NCBI GenBank assembly: GCA_020353515.1
Contig: CP070695.1
Coordinates: forward strand, 2,674,155 to 2,738,154
Reading direction: 5' to 3'
DNA: 64,000 nucleotides
Origin: Candidatus Heimdallarchaeota archaeon
GTDB lineage: Archaea > Asgardarchaeota > Heimdallarchaeia > Hodarchaeales > Hodarchaeaceae
Part shown: positions 29,523 to 39,859 of the stretch, piece after piece
How positions within the stretch are numbered: the first letter of the stretch is position 1
How the letters are laid out: every line of letters starts with the position of its first letter
The notes under the pieces: model-generated
What the model was told of the DNA's origin: nothing
Database searches by the model: none
Seen by the model: the letters and a program-made list of their open reading frames with translations, nothing else
Position numbers and translations under genes: made by a program

Positions 29523-30359
29523 TTAACCCATTCTATCCTGTAAATGAGTGTCCATGAAATCATACATCGCTGATTTCGTTTTTGCAATTATTAACTGCTC
29601 TTTAAAAAGGCAAATAAAAGATTGAAGAGCTTTTTGATCATAATCGAACTTGAACTCTTGATATTGTATATCCTCTAAGATCAGGTTCTCTGGAGGAGCC
29701 GCAGCAGGTTTAATTTTTGCAGGTTCTGGGCTTAGTAGCTGGTAAGTGTATTCCAAATCATGCAGACCTGTTGACACTTCGATTAAATGGCCGATAATTC
29801 TCCTGATCTGTTGCCAAAGAAATGAATTCGAAGCTAATCGAATTTGGTAGGTACTATCCCCTACAACTATAATTTTAGCCAATTTTATATCTTTAGTTGT
29901 ATTAATTTCTTTTGTAGGATCTTTTTTTGCGAAATTATGAAAATTATGACGTCCAACAAACATTTCTAACATTTTAGTAGCGAGAGAATGATCAAATTTC
30001 CCATCAACAGTTAAAAAATAGGAATAAGTACGTAATTGTGCATCTCGACGAGGATGAAAATCTGAGGATACCTCTGTGAAACTCAGCACTCGAATCGATT
30101 CAGGGAGATAAGAGTTTATCTCAGAAAGAATAGGTGGTTGTTTAGTGTTTAATGCAATAACTTGGCTAAGTGCTCCTACACCACGATCGGTACGACTGGC
30201 ATAATGTATTTGTTGGTCTAGCTTCGGATCAATCAGTCGTGCTTTTTTGAACGCTGAAAACACAACCGTAAAGATGTTTTTAGGGTCATGTAATTGGTGG
30301 CTGAATCCTGAATAATTCCGGGAGGGTAGGTACCCTAAACAAATTGCATATCTCTTCAT
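29523..30359 (-). CDS. truA: tRNA pseudouridine(38-40) synthase
   Basis: ASRTDRGVGALSQV, FHPRRDA..RTYSY, GRHNFHNF, FLWQQIRRI. Confidence 0.9.
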   Translation of the reverse strand: MKRYAICLGYLPSRNYSGFSHQLHDPKNIFTVVFSAFKKARLIDPKLDQQIHYASRTDRGVGALSQVIALNTKQPPILSEINSYLPESIRVLSFTEVSSDFHPRRDAQLRTYSYFLTVDGKFDHSLATKMLEMFVGRHNFHNFAKKDPTKEINTTKDIKLAKIIVVGDSTYQIRLASNSFLWQQIRRIIGHLIEVSTGLHDLEYTYQLLSPEPAKIKPAAAPPENLILEDIQYQEFKFDYDQKALQSFICLFKEQLIIAKTKSAMYDFMDTHLQDRMG

Positions 30360-31507
30360 TAAACTTCTCCAATCTTTCTTATATTCATAATTTTTTGGAT
30401 TTGAGAGTGATTTTCTTCATAGAAATCGAACAGTAGCTTCTTAATTCCCTCCTTTTGGTTCATTGACAAGATATGAATATCATCTCTAGGAAAGTTTTGT
30501 TTTAAGAAGACTTGAAGTTCCATTTTTTGGCTTTCAGTAAGCAAGTCTGCTTTACTACAAATTAGTAATATTGGTACTTCTTGAAAATTTTGGTTAATTT
30601 GATTAAATAGGTTTTTTTGGGAAATAAGAGATTCATACTGAGTAAAATCAAAAATAAAAACAATTGCTGTAGCTAAAGTTTTCAAAGCCGCGATAGCTCG
30701 TAATTCAATCTCATTCCGTTCTTCTAAGGACCGATCAAGAATCCCAGGAGTATCTACTATTTGTGCTGGAATATGACTAATTGGAAGTTTAGAGTTAGCA
30801 GAAATATAAATAGGGATCTTTAGATGACCTAATGTTACTTCTTTCGTGGTAAAGGGATATGCTCCTATTTCAGGTGTTGCTGATGTTACTGCGTTCACTA
30901 AAGAACTTTTTCCAACATTAGGATACCCTGCTATACATATTGTTGGTTGGTCTAAATCTATTCCTGGCATCCCACGCATTCGAGTTCTCACAGTTTCTAT
31001 AAACTCTAATCTTTTGTCTAGTTTAATGATTACTGACCTCATCCGCCCGAATGCAGCTCTTCGTAATTTTTTGGCTTCTATAACTGAATTCGCATGCCAA
31101 ACGTCTCCAAGATGCTCTCGTTTAATCTTCCAAATGACATCTGCAGCCCCAGAAAACGATCCCAAAGTTTTTCGAATCTTATCAAGATTGAAACTAATAT
31201 CTAATATTTCTACATAAAAGCTAGTAATAAATTCTGCTTCTAAACGTGGAAATTCTTCAACTATTCGGAATAAGCGGCTTCGTAGTTCTTTAGAAAGCAG
31301 TTCAATTCGTGTTGCTTCTTTTCTTCGAATTCTTCGTAATAATGGTACGCTTTCAGATGTCCCTCTAATTGATGTTTTCATTACATTGTTTTTTGCCATC
31401 AAAAAGAGCTTATTAGCTCGGGGAATAGGGATTATAGAGCGAAAAGGATTTGTTGATGGCATATATAGACATCCTGTGAGACAGGGAGCGATTTTAATCA
31501 GTTTCAT
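30359..31507 (-). CDS. NOG1-family GTP-binding protein
   Basis: AGYPNVGKSS, YPFTTK, DTPGILDR..EERNEIE, SKAD. Confidence 0.92.
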   Translation of the reverse strand: MKLIKIAPCLTGCLYMPSTNPFRSIIPIPRANKLFLMAKNNVMKTSIRGTSESVPLLRRIRRKEATRIELLSKELRSRLFRIVEEFPRLEAEFITSFYVEILDISFNLDKIRKTLGSFSGAADVIWKIKREHLGDVWHANSVIEAKKLRRAAFGRMRSVIIKLDKRLEFIETVRTRMRGMPGIDLDQPTICIAGYPNVGKSSLVNAVTSATPEIGAYPFTTKEVTLGHLKIPIYISANSKLPISHIPAQIVDTPGILDRSLEERNEIELRAIAALKTLATAIVFIFDFTQYESLISQKNLFNQINQNFQEVPILLICSKADLLTESQKMELQVFLKQNFPRDDIHILSMNQKEGIKKLLFDFYEENHSQIQKIMNIRKIGEV

Positions 31508-32018
31508 GTAAAATATCTTGCAATCGATTTAATCCATCAATCGATTCAATGATATTCCATACTGCTTTGGGCACCATATGACTCCATTTAGTCCCTTCAG
31601 CCATATGTTTTCTAATTTGAGCGCCCTTAAAATCAACACGGTTAAAAGGGCCAGTAGATCGTACTTCCATACCTGCCTCCATAAATAATCGCCGTGTTAG
31701 ACTATTATTTGTATAAATTCGTCTGAAAGGAGGGCAATAGCTGCGTAGGTGACTCACCCACACAGAATTGCGATGTATATCGGGAATGGTAACAATATAT
31801 ACCCGCTCTAGAGGAATATCTAATTCTTTCATTGCTGCCCGAATCATCAACACCCTCTCTCCAGCGGTAAACGGATCTGAAACTGTGTGAGATTGTTGAG
31901 TGCTTCCGATAGCAATGATTATTTCATCTTCTTGTTCCAAAATATCCTGAACAGCTTTTAGATGGCCTTTGTGAAAAGGATTAAATCTACCAACAAAAAG
32001 TCCCCGTTCTTTATTCAT
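31494..32018 (-). CDS. nadM: Nicotinamide-nucleotide adenylyltransferase
   Basis: GRFNPFHKGH, PFTAGER. Confidence 0.93.
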   Translation of the reverse strand: MNKERGLFVGRFNPFHKGHLKAVQDILEQEDEIIIAIGSTQQSHTVSDPFTAGERVLMIRAAMKELDIPLERVYIVTIPDIHRNSVWVSHLRSYCPPFRRIYTNNSLTRRLFMEAGMEVRSTGPFNRVDFKGAQIRKHMAEGTKWSHMVPKAVWNIIESIDGLNRLQDILHETD

Positions 32019-32832
32019 TCTTTTTGGCCTCTAATTGACTTTCTTTTAGCTTTATTGCTTCTTCTAGGGAAATTTCACCTGATGCAACGGTTTGTGCTAA
32101 TTCTGCATCTAAAGTAATTCGATTATTTGAAAGATTACGACTCCATTTTTGAATTTCCTTAATTCGACCTTGAGGTATTGAATTTCTTACCAGGTGATTT
32201 TTCAATTTTCCTGGCCTATGAGCAATAGTAATTGCAGCTGTTTCATCTGAACCAAATGGGGTAGTTGGTGCTATTTTTCTAAGACTTGAATAAGCTTCTT
32301 GCACTATCTCAAGTTTAATGTTGTTAATATTTCCAAAAACGGTAAAAAGCTTATTAAAGACAACATTTGATATAGAAGTGGGTTGGTCTCCGACGCGAAT
32401 AACTACTCTTTCACTGGGAAAGAGAACTATATACTCTTCTATCTTTCTAGCCAATTGGATTAATCTACTAGTTTCCGCAGCTAAAGTCATTCCATCACAA
32501 ATGGCTGCTAATCCTATCTGTTTACCAGGGTCAACACCTACAATTAATAATTTAAATTTTGGTTCTTTCTTTCGGGCAATAATCCCAATAATTTTTATAA
32601 CAAGAGATGGGTGAATCTGATCGAAAGGAAGGTAGAAAAATTGAGAATCATCTATGTGATTCATCGTTTCGCTAGGTGAAATGATTAAATCGAACTTTTG
32701 AGTAGGAATTGGCTGATTTTGTGCATAAAATTTTACTTTGAGAGGGGAGCCTTCGAAAATTTTTGATAGCTTGTGATAATATCGCATATCATCTGTTTGA
32801 ACGGCAATTCGATAGTTTACTGGCAAATCCAA
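32011..32832 (-). CDS. Hypothetical protein with RNase H-like (YqgF/RuvC-like) domain
   Basis: LIVGVDPGKQIGLAAICDG, VVIRVGD, IVQEAYSS, DETAAITIA acidic pattern. Confidence 0.6.
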   Translation of the reverse strand: MDLPVNYRIAVQTDDMRYYHKLSKIFEGSPLKVKFYAQNQPIPTQKFDLIISPSETMNHIDDSQFFYLPFDQIHPSLVIKIIGIIARKKEPKFKLLIVGVDPGKQIGLAAICDGMTLAAETSRLIQLARKIEEYIVLFPSERVVIRVGDQPTSISNVVFNKLFTVFGNINNIKLEIVQEAYSSLRKIAPTTPFGSDETAAITIAHRPGKLKNHLVRNSIPQGRIKEIQKWSRNLSNNRITLDAELAQTVASGEISLEEAIKLKESQLEAKKNE

Positions 32833-32927
32833 CCCAAATTTCAGTGAAATGATTTATAGATCCCTTTTTCACATGAGTATAATATAGATCTTTTAATGAT
32901 TAATATCAAAGGATAGAAGCCCAAACA

Positions 32928-33536
32928 ATGGATAATCCATTACTTTCTCTTCTCCAAGGTCAGAATATCGCTGTTCAGCTATATGGTCTTCCTGGAACAT
33001 ATAAAACAGCTTTTCTACTTCAGATTATCTATAAAAGTTTAAAGGAAGGATCTAATCCGATTTATTTAATTGATACCAGTGGAAATTTCCCAATTGTACG
33101 ACTTAAGCCGATAAAACATTTATTACAAAATATAATTGTTTTTCAACCGAAAACAATTGAAGAAGAAGCGTTGTTACTTGATGATCTTAGTATTCAGCTT
33201 TCCCAAGACACAATTCTATTGCTTGATGATGTATTTAGACACACGAATCTTGAAAATAAGACCAATCTTCATCTCAATTCGTATATTTTAGCTCAAATTA
33301 AAGCAATTTCAAGAAAAGTAAAATTTCCTGTTATTCTTACTAATCAAGCACGTAGCTTTGATAACGCAATTCATCCATTCCTTCAAAATCTCACTCTCTA
33401 CTACTTAGATTGGCATTTCTTGTTTGAAAAATCACCAGATCCTAATCAAATTCGTGTAACGTTTTTTGATCAAGATCGTTTTATTTCCCAAAGAGAACAT
33501 AAAATCAGTTCTGCAGGATTCTTGTGTGACATCTGA
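32928..33536 (+). CDS. RadB-like RecA-superfamily ATPase, divergent
   Basis: QLYGLPGTYKT Walker A, YLIDT, LLLDD, VILTNQ. Confidence 0.65.
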   Translation: MDNPLLSLLQGQNIAVQLYGLPGTYKTAFLLQIIYKSLKEGSNPIYLIDTSGNFPIVRLKPIKHLLQNIIVFQPKTIEEEALLLDDLSIQLSQDTILLLDDVFRHTNLENKTNLHLNSYILAQIKAISRKVKFPVILTNQARSFDNAIHPFLQNLTLYYLDWHFLFEKSPDPNQIRVTFFDQDRFISQREHKISSAGFLCDI

Positions 33537-33554
33537 TTGGTTACTAAACGGTCT

Positions 33555-35333
33555 TCAAATCCTACGCACTTGTTTTAAAAATTCATGATAGGATAATTTG
33601 AAATAGATAGGGCGGCCGTGAGCACAAACACTAGAATCCTCAGCTTGAAGAAGTTCTTGAAGAAGATTCTTTGTTTGTTGAAATGATAACGTGTCTCCCG
33701 CACGATAGGATCCATGACAGGCTATTAAGTTTAAGATCGTTTTGATTTGCTCTTCAATAGCCGTTTTCGGGAGAGAATCAATTAATGATACCAAGAAATC
33801 TTTCAAATCGGATTTTATAAGAATACTTGGAATAGCGTAAACCTCAATCTCTTGTTTTTTCCCTTTAGGACTCCTAAAATCAAATCCCATAGCACTTAGA
33901 TAAGGAAGTGAGTCCATCAAAAGAATCTTTTGTTCTGGAGTAATAGAAAATCTGAAAGGTTTGAGAAAAGTTTGTGAACTCACTTTCCTTGTTTTGTACA
34001 TTTTTGTTAACTTTTCCAGATTTACTCGTTCATGTGCTGCATGAAAATCAAGAACAATAAGATCGTGGTTTGATGTATCCTCGAGAAGGAGGAATTCTTT
34101 TCCAAGAGGACCTCGATATATTAGATTAGATCCAAGAAAACTAATCATCTCTGGTCTTTCGTTAATGACCTCAAATTGGTCCTGGAGATGATTTGATAAT
34201 TCTAGGGGTTTGACTTCAGGTTGTAAATTTATTACCTGTTGTTTAATAGTTTTTTTCATGTCTGATTTTTCAAAAATTAAATTTGATTGTCTTTTTCTTT
34301 TAACGTGGGATGTCAGATGAGGGACAACAGCTTTTGTTTTGAGGCAATGATTTACAGTTGAAGTTATAGCTGTAGTCAGATCTTTTTCGTTATAGAAAAG
34401 GACTTCTCGTTTTTGAGGATGAATGTTTACATCGAAAAATATAGGATCAAGTTCAAGGAATAAAAATCCCGCAGGAAACTCTCGCTTCATTAGGTAAGAC
34501 CCATATCCCTCTTCTAAGGCTGTTTGTAGAATCTTGGAGAATATACGACGTCCATTAATGTAAAAATATTGATACTTCCTATTTCGTCTATGTTGGCCTT
34601 GCTTACTAAGATATCCATGAATTAATATGTCTTTACGTTGTATAATCCCAATGTCTATAAGGGATCCAGCTAAATCTTGACCAAGGGTTTCTTTGATCGC
34701 AGAAAGATGATTATCACTCTTTACAGTTTGAAATTCAATTTTTCCATCAATGACATATGTAAAGGAAATAATAGGATGACCTATAGCATATTGTGTAACC
34801 GTTTCATAGATATAAGATTGCTCAATAGAGGCTTTTTTCAGGAATTTTCGCCGCACGATGAAATTAAAAAATAGATCTTGAACTCGGACACGAGTTCCTG
34901 GAGAAGCCATTACTTCCTCTGAAATCTGAGGTTGATCCATGTCATTTTCAACGGAAATACGGGTAGCTAGCTCATTTTCAGCTGTTCTACTAACAATGGA
35001 GAATCTAGAGACTGACGCTATTGAATATAATGCTTCTCCCCGAAAACCCATGGTAGAAATCGATTCCAAATCCTTTTCGGAGCTAATTTTACTTGTAGCA
35101 TGCCGTTTTATAGTCAAGGGAATATCTTCTGGAAGGATTCCTGTCCCATTGTCTATTATCTCTATTAAATCCTTCCCACCGTTCTTAATTTCAATTCTAA
35201 TATCAGTAGCAGAGGCATCTATTGCATTTTCGATTAATTCCTTGACAACACTCGCAGGACGCTCAATAACCTCACCAGCAGCGATTTTGGAGACACAAAC
35301 TGGATCCAACATCTGAATTTTGGACACCATCAT
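33555..35333 (-). CDS. mutL: DNA mismatch repair endonuclease MutL
   Basis: IAAGEVIERPASVVKELIENAIDA, HATSKI, GFRGEAL, DFHAAHER, CAHGRP. Confidence 0.96.
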   Translation of the reverse strand: MMVSKIQMLDPVCVSKIAAGEVIERPASVVKELIENAIDASATDIRIEIKNGGKDLIEIIDNGTGILPEDIPLTIKRHATSKISSEKDLESISTMGFRGEALYSIASVSRFSIVSRTAENELATRISVENDMDQPQISEEVMASPGTRVRVQDLFFNFIVRRKFLKKASIEQSYIYETVTQYAIGHPIISFTYVIDGKIEFQTVKSDNHLSAIKETLGQDLAGSLIDIGIIQRKDILIHGYLSKQGQHRRNRKYQYFYINGRRIFSKILQTALEEGYGSYLMKREFPAGFLFLELDPIFFDVNIHPQKREVLFYNEKDLTTAITSTVNHCLKTKAVVPHLTSHVKRKRQSNLIFEKSDMKKTIKQQVINLQPEVKPLELSNHLQDQFEVINERPEMISFLGSNLIYRGPLGKEFLLLEDTSNHDLIVLDFHAAHERVNLEKLTKMYKTRKVSSQTFLKPFRFSITPEQKILLMDSLPYLSAMGFDFRSPKGKKQEIEVYAIPSILIKSDLKDFLVSLIDSLPKTAIEEQIKTILNLIACHGSYRAGDTLSFQQTKNLLQELLQAEDSSVCAHGRPIYFKLSYHEFLKQVRRI

Positions 35334-38074
35334 TTCTCCTCTATTTTCTTCTCTAATTCTCGCATATCGTTGACAATATCATCTAACTGCTGGAGTGCTT
35401 CTATTGGTGTTTTATAATTGATATCAATATCTGTGTAATTTTTTAAGAATGCTAGAATCTCAAATTTTAGATTTTTCACCTCTTCTTCAAATCGTTGTTG
35501 ATCAACGTTTTTTGAGAGAGCCTCAGCTAGAGACAATTGTCTAGGCTGAGTCCCTATTTTTTCTTTATGTTGAGGTGTTGTTGGAGAGTCAGATGTTGCT
35601 TCCAGCTCCAATAATTTCTTTTGAGCTTGAAGGATGACTTGTTTGGGAATTCCAGCCATTTTAGCTACGCTAATCCCAAATGAATGGTCAGTTGACCCCT
35701 CTTTAATTTTGTAAAGTAACACTAGCTTCCCATTTCGCACTTTAGCTGTTTGGTGATAATTTTTAACAACTGAATATTGATTTTCTAATTCGCTCAATTG
35801 GTGATAATGTGTGGCAAAAAGTGTCTTACTCTTCTTCTCTTTTGCAATATACTCTGCGATAGCCCATGCTAAGGATAAACCATCAAAAGTACTAGTTCCA
35901 CGTCCTACTTCGTCTAGAATTATCAAAGAATTTGGAGTAGAATTGTGAAGTATATGAGCAGTCTCAAGCATTTCAAGCATAAAAGTCGATTGTCCGAACG
36001 CGAGTCTATCGAACGCACCGACACGGGTGAAAATTTTATCTGTTATACCTAGCTGACAATTTTTTGCAGGCACCCATGACCCAGTTTGAGCCATTAACAC
36101 AATGAGAGCTGCTTGTCTGATAAAAACTGATTTTCCTGACATGTTGGGACCAGTTATGATATGAAGATCTCCATTCTTTAAGGAAATACTGTTAGGAACG
36201 AATCCTGTCTCTTTCTGCAGTTTTTCTACGACAGGATGACGACCATCAATGATAGAAATGATTGGTTCATTAATGAATTGAGGTTTACAGAAGTCATTTT
36301 TCATTGCTGTAAAGGTAAAACAAACCAATACATCTAATTCAGCGATTAATTCGGAATAGCTACGAATAATCCCTACTTTCTGAGAGATTTTTTCACGAAT
36401 TTCACAAAATAGTTGATATTCTAGCTCCTTAATTTTCTCATCAGCATTCAGGATTTTTTCTTCGATATTCTTTAGTTCAGGGGTAATAAAGCGTTCTGCA
36501 TTGACCAATGTTTGTCGTCTTACATATTCATGTGGAACAGCCTCTTCACCTGCGTCACGTAGCTGAGCCTTTGTAACTTCGATGTAATATCCATGAATTG
36601 AATTATATCCTAATTTAATGTTGAATGATGTCCTCTCTTGCTCCCGCTGTTCAATTTCATTCAATATTGAATCTTGATTTTTCTTTAATTCAAGCAACTG
36701 GAGTAAATCATCATTATAACTTGGTTTAATGATTTCCCCATCTCGGATTGATACTGGTGGAGATTCATGTATTCCGCTATCTATCAAACTGATAACATGT
36801 TTAAGATCTGAAACGTCAAAATTTAAGATTTTTTTGCAGATAGGACTAGTTAACTCACTTTTTTTGAAAAAAGCTAAGATTTCTAAACAAAAATTTAATG
36901 AATTTCTTAGAGAGATTAAATCTCTTGCATTTACTGAACGATACTTTATTTTAGCAACTAGCCTTTGAAAATCAGCAACATTGGAAAGTAAGTCACTAAT
37001 TTCTTCTATCAGGGCTAAATCCTGTTGAAAATCTTCTATTGCATTCAATCGGGCATTAATTTCGTTAGGATCGCGTAAAGGTTGCAATAACCACCTTCGA
37101 ATTAATCTAGCACCCATACTAGTATTGATATCAGTAAAAATGGATAATAAACTGCCTTCGATCTTTCCATCAAAAGCATTACTATTAATTTCAAGATTTC
37201 TTTGAGTATTAGAATCGAGTATTAAATGATTTCGATTATCTAGAGTTCGTAAAAACGATATATTACTTGGATAATCTTTTTTAAGCATTTTTAGATAGGA
37301 AATGATTGCCCCAGCGGCTTGTATTCCCTCAACCATAGAATCACAACCATAACCTGCCAGGGATCGAACTTCAAAATGATTCAGTAAGGTTTGAGCTGCC
37401 GTATCAAAATTGAAAAGAGTTTCATTTACAGGGTACACTACAGTCTGGGAGGTGGAGGTTATCATTTTTTCTATAGTATTTTGGAGTTTTCCTTTTTGTT
37501 GAATATCAGGAAAAATCACTTCTCGAGGATTAAAACGAGAGAATTCGTCCTGAAAATTATCAACAACATTTTCATTAAATTCTGTTACTAAAAACTCTCC
37601 AGTGGAGATATCAATAAACGATAAACCTATCGTTTGCTTTTTTTCATTAACCGTGAAACTTAAAAGAAAATTGTTTGTGTCTTTATCTAGTATCGATGTT
37701 TCAAAAACTGTTCCTGGTGTTACAACGCGTGTAACTCCTCTTTTTACAATTTTCCCTGACGGAACATCCTTAGCATCTTCTAATTGGTCTACAATCGCGA
37801 CTTTATAACCCTGATCTATCATTTTTTTTAAGTACGTATCTATTGCTTTGACAGGAACCCCTGCTAGAGGAATTCTCTCTCCACCTGCTCCCATTCCTCT
37901 TGAGGTCAGGGTAATATCGAGTGCTTTAGAGGCTATTTTTGCATCATCATTAAATGTTTCGTAAAAATCCCCTAACTGGAAAAACACAATAGTGTCTTCA
38001 TGATCCTTCTTAATACGATAATACTGTGCCATAGCTTTTGTTACTTTGCCTGATTTTCCACTCATTAGGGCCAT
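35330..38074 (-). CDS. mutS: DNA mismatch repair protein MutS (MutS1)
   Basis: GDFYETF, TGPNMSGKS, STFMLEM, DEVGRGTST, FATHYH. Confidence 0.97.
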   Translation of the reverse strand: MALMSGKSGKVTKAMAQYYRIKKDHEDTIVFFQLGDFYETFNDDAKIASKALDITLTSRGMGAGGERIPLAGVPVKAIDTYLKKMIDQGYKVAIVDQLEDAKDVPSGKIVKRGVTRVVTPGTVFETSILDKDTNNFLLSFTVNEKKQTIGLSFIDISTGEFLVTEFNENVVDNFQDEFSRFNPREVIFPDIQQKGKLQNTIEKMITSTSQTVVYPVNETLFNFDTAAQTLLNHFEVRSLAGYGCDSMVEGIQAAGAIISYLKMLKKDYPSNISFLRTLDNRNHLILDSNTQRNLEINSNAFDGKIEGSLLSIFTDINTSMGARLIRRWLLQPLRDPNEINARLNAIEDFQQDLALIEEISDLLSNVADFQRLVAKIKYRSVNARDLISLRNSLNFCLEILAFFKKSELTSPICKKILNFDVSDLKHVISLIDSGIHESPPVSIRDGEIIKPSYNDDLLQLLELKKNQDSILNEIEQREQERTSFNIKLGYNSIHGYYIEVTKAQLRDAGEEAVPHEYVRRQTLVNAERFITPELKNIEEKILNADEKIKELEYQLFCEIREKISQKVGIIRSYSELIAELDVLVCFTFTAMKNDFCKPQFINEPIISIIDGRHPVVEKLQKETGFVPNSISLKNGDLHIITGPNMSGKSVFIRQAALIVLMAQTGSWVPAKNCQLGITDKIFTRVGAFDRLAFGQSTFMLEMLETAHILHNSTPNSLIILDEVGRGTSTFDGLSLAWAIAEYIAKEKKSKTLFATHYHQLSELENQYSVVKNYHQTAKVRNGKLVLLYKIKEGSTDHSFGISVAKMAGIPKQVILQAQKKLLELEATSDSPTTPQHKEKIGTQPRQLSLAEALSKNVDQQRFEEEVKNLKFEILAFLKNYTDIDINYKTPIEALQQLDDIVNDMRELEKKIEEK

Positions 38075-38292
38075 TTCTCGTATTTCTTTAACTACAAGAG
38101 AAAAATTATAATCATATTTATTAAATCTTCCTCAGATTAGCAAAATCACTTAAAAACATCGATGTTCATCATTTAATAATTAGGTCAGGGTAATAAAAAT
38201 GATTCATTAGAATAAAATCAAAAGATGAATCATTCATCTTCCTTTAAAACACCTAGAAAAAAAAAGTAAGCAACATATTATTGTAGCGAATT

Positions 38293-38377
38293 GCGGGGGT
38301 CTCCCAGCCAGGTCAAAGGAGCTAGGTTCAGGTCCTAGTCGCATAGGCGTTCGTGGGTTCAAATCCCACCCCCCGCA
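38293..38377 (+). tRNA. tRNA-Leu(CAG), intronless
   Basis: GCGGGGG...CTAGG TTCAGGT CCTAG, long variable arm, GTGGG TTCAAAT CCCAC CCCCCGC A. Confidence 0.95.
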
Positions 38378-38397
38378 TGATTATTGGTTGTATGAAA

Positions 38398-38534
38398 GCC
38401 GAGGTAGCCAAGCTCGGATTAAGGCGCTAGACTCGAGTTACTATTTCATCATCCGAGATATCTAGTGTGCTTTGCACGCGTGGGTTCAAACATCACAGAA
38501 GTGAGTTCTCTGATTGGAAGTCCCACCCTCGGCG
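38398..38534 (+). tRNA. tRNA-Ser(CGA) with 2 introns (37/38: 38438-38459; 59/60: 38491-38520)
   Basis: CTAGA CTCGAG|A TCTAG, variable arm GTGC TTT GCAC, G73; BHB helices CTCG/CGAG and TTCA/TGGA. Confidence 0.92.
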
Positions 38535-38933
38535 TTCCTCACAGTATCATTATCAAACTTAAGGACATCTTGCCATTTCTATTTCTCCCTCTAACATGGG
38601 TGGGTGGCATTCATTGTTGGGGCTTTCTTCACAAACAAAGAATGAGTGGATTGAAGCAGAACTTTTTTCAATTCCCTTATTATCCCTATTTTTTTCTTTT
38701 TTATTTGATCACTTCAGAGATGATTCTAGTAATTTTCAAGATATCGGTAATTGTATCACAAAATAATTAAGTTAAAAGCAGAGTAGGCGTACCTTTGCAG
38801 GGTTACTAAAATAGCTCACAAGTATACCCACTCTCATCCAGAAAACAATTTGGAAATACTAGAACATCTATTTGGATTAAAGACCCTTATTAGGATGCCA
38901 AAGTACTTTTCAATAATACCTAGGTGACAATTA

Positions 38934-39803
38934 GTGGACATTGAAAATGCAATAGCAGAAATTCAAGAAAAATTTGGTGTCGTGGGACGAGACGCGTCAC
39001 TTCGTAAACTCATCCTGGGAAAGCAGGCCAGTAAGCATATCATCATTGAAGGACCAGTGGGTGTCGGAAAAACAACACTAGCTCATGCCGTTGCCGCATA
39101 CTTCGACCAGGGGTTTATACGGATTGATGGTGATGAACGCTATACTGAAAGCAAATTAGTTGGTCATTTTGAACCTCCTTTAGTAGTAGAAAAAGGTTGG
39201 ATTTGGGATGCTTTTGTTCCAGGTCCATTGACGTTAGCAATGAAAAATGGATCGATATTATTCATTAATGAAGCTAATCGATTAATAGAGGGAACTCAAA
39301 ACGTTTTACTGCCTTCTATGGATGAAGGATTACTTATTTTACCCAAACTTGGGGTTATTAAAGCTGCAGATGGTTTTCTCGTTGTTGCAACACAGAATCC
39401 AGAGTCATATATTGGTACCACAGTCCTTTCAGAAGCACTTAAAGATCGATTCGTCTGGATTAAACTAGAACATCAAGGATTCGAGGAGGAGGTCGATATT
39501 GTTGAGCAGAAAGCGGATATTGGACCAGAAGATCGGTTGATTTCTGAGACTGCTACAAAAATTACAAGAGCAACACGCAAACATCCCGATATTCGTCGTG
39601 GGTCATCAATTCGTGGAGCAATTGATCTTGCGAAAATTTTACACCTTGTAAAAAGCTTAAATCTAGAAACAGTTTCTGAAATGTCTATAATGACTCTTGC
39701 CACTAAAATTGAACTGGAAGATGGAGTCGAAAGACCAATCGAAGATGTCATACATGAAATTGTTGAAGCCATTCTTTCAGGGGACGAAGACCGTTTTTTA
39801 TAG
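38934..39803 (+). CDS. MoxR-type AAA+ ATPase
   Basis: EGPVGVGKTT, GPLTLAM, LFINEANR, VATQNP, LSEALKDRF, GSSIRGAI. Confidence 0.92.
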   Translation: MDIENAIAEIQEKFGVVGRDASLRKLILGKQASKHIIIEGPVGVGKTTLAHAVAAYFDQGFIRIDGDERYTESKLVGHFEPPLVVEKGWIWDAFVPGPLTLAMKNGSILFINEANRLIEGTQNVLLPSMDEGLLILPKLGVIKAADGFLVVATQNPESYIGTTVLSEALKDRFVWIKLEHQGFEEEVDIVEQKADIGPEDRLISETATKITRATRKHPDIRRGSSIRGAIDLAKILHLVKSLNLETVSEMSIMTLATKIELEDGVERPIEDVIHEIVEAILSGDEDRFL

Positions 39804-39828
39804 ATAAATCCCGAGAGTTTGCTCGGGA
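39794..39828 (+). promoter_or_regulatory. Putative -1 programmed ribosomal frameshift signal
   Basis: T TTT TTA (39794-39800) on the last codons of the AAA ORF, 8-nt spacer, stem TCCCGAG/CTCGGGA (39809-39828); the -1 frame is the vWA ORF. Confidence 0.75.
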
Positions 39829-39859
39829 GTACAACAAGAACATTCGTCTGTTCGGCAGA

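Noticed and set aside
38465-38770. 101-aa ORF
   Set aside because: Starts inside tRNA-Ser; low-complexity, no motifs.
38780-38834. Imperfect ~55-nt hairpin upstream of the AAA gene
   Set aside because: Many mismatches, single copy, no family motif; cannot be supported as an ncRNA, MITE or SECIS.
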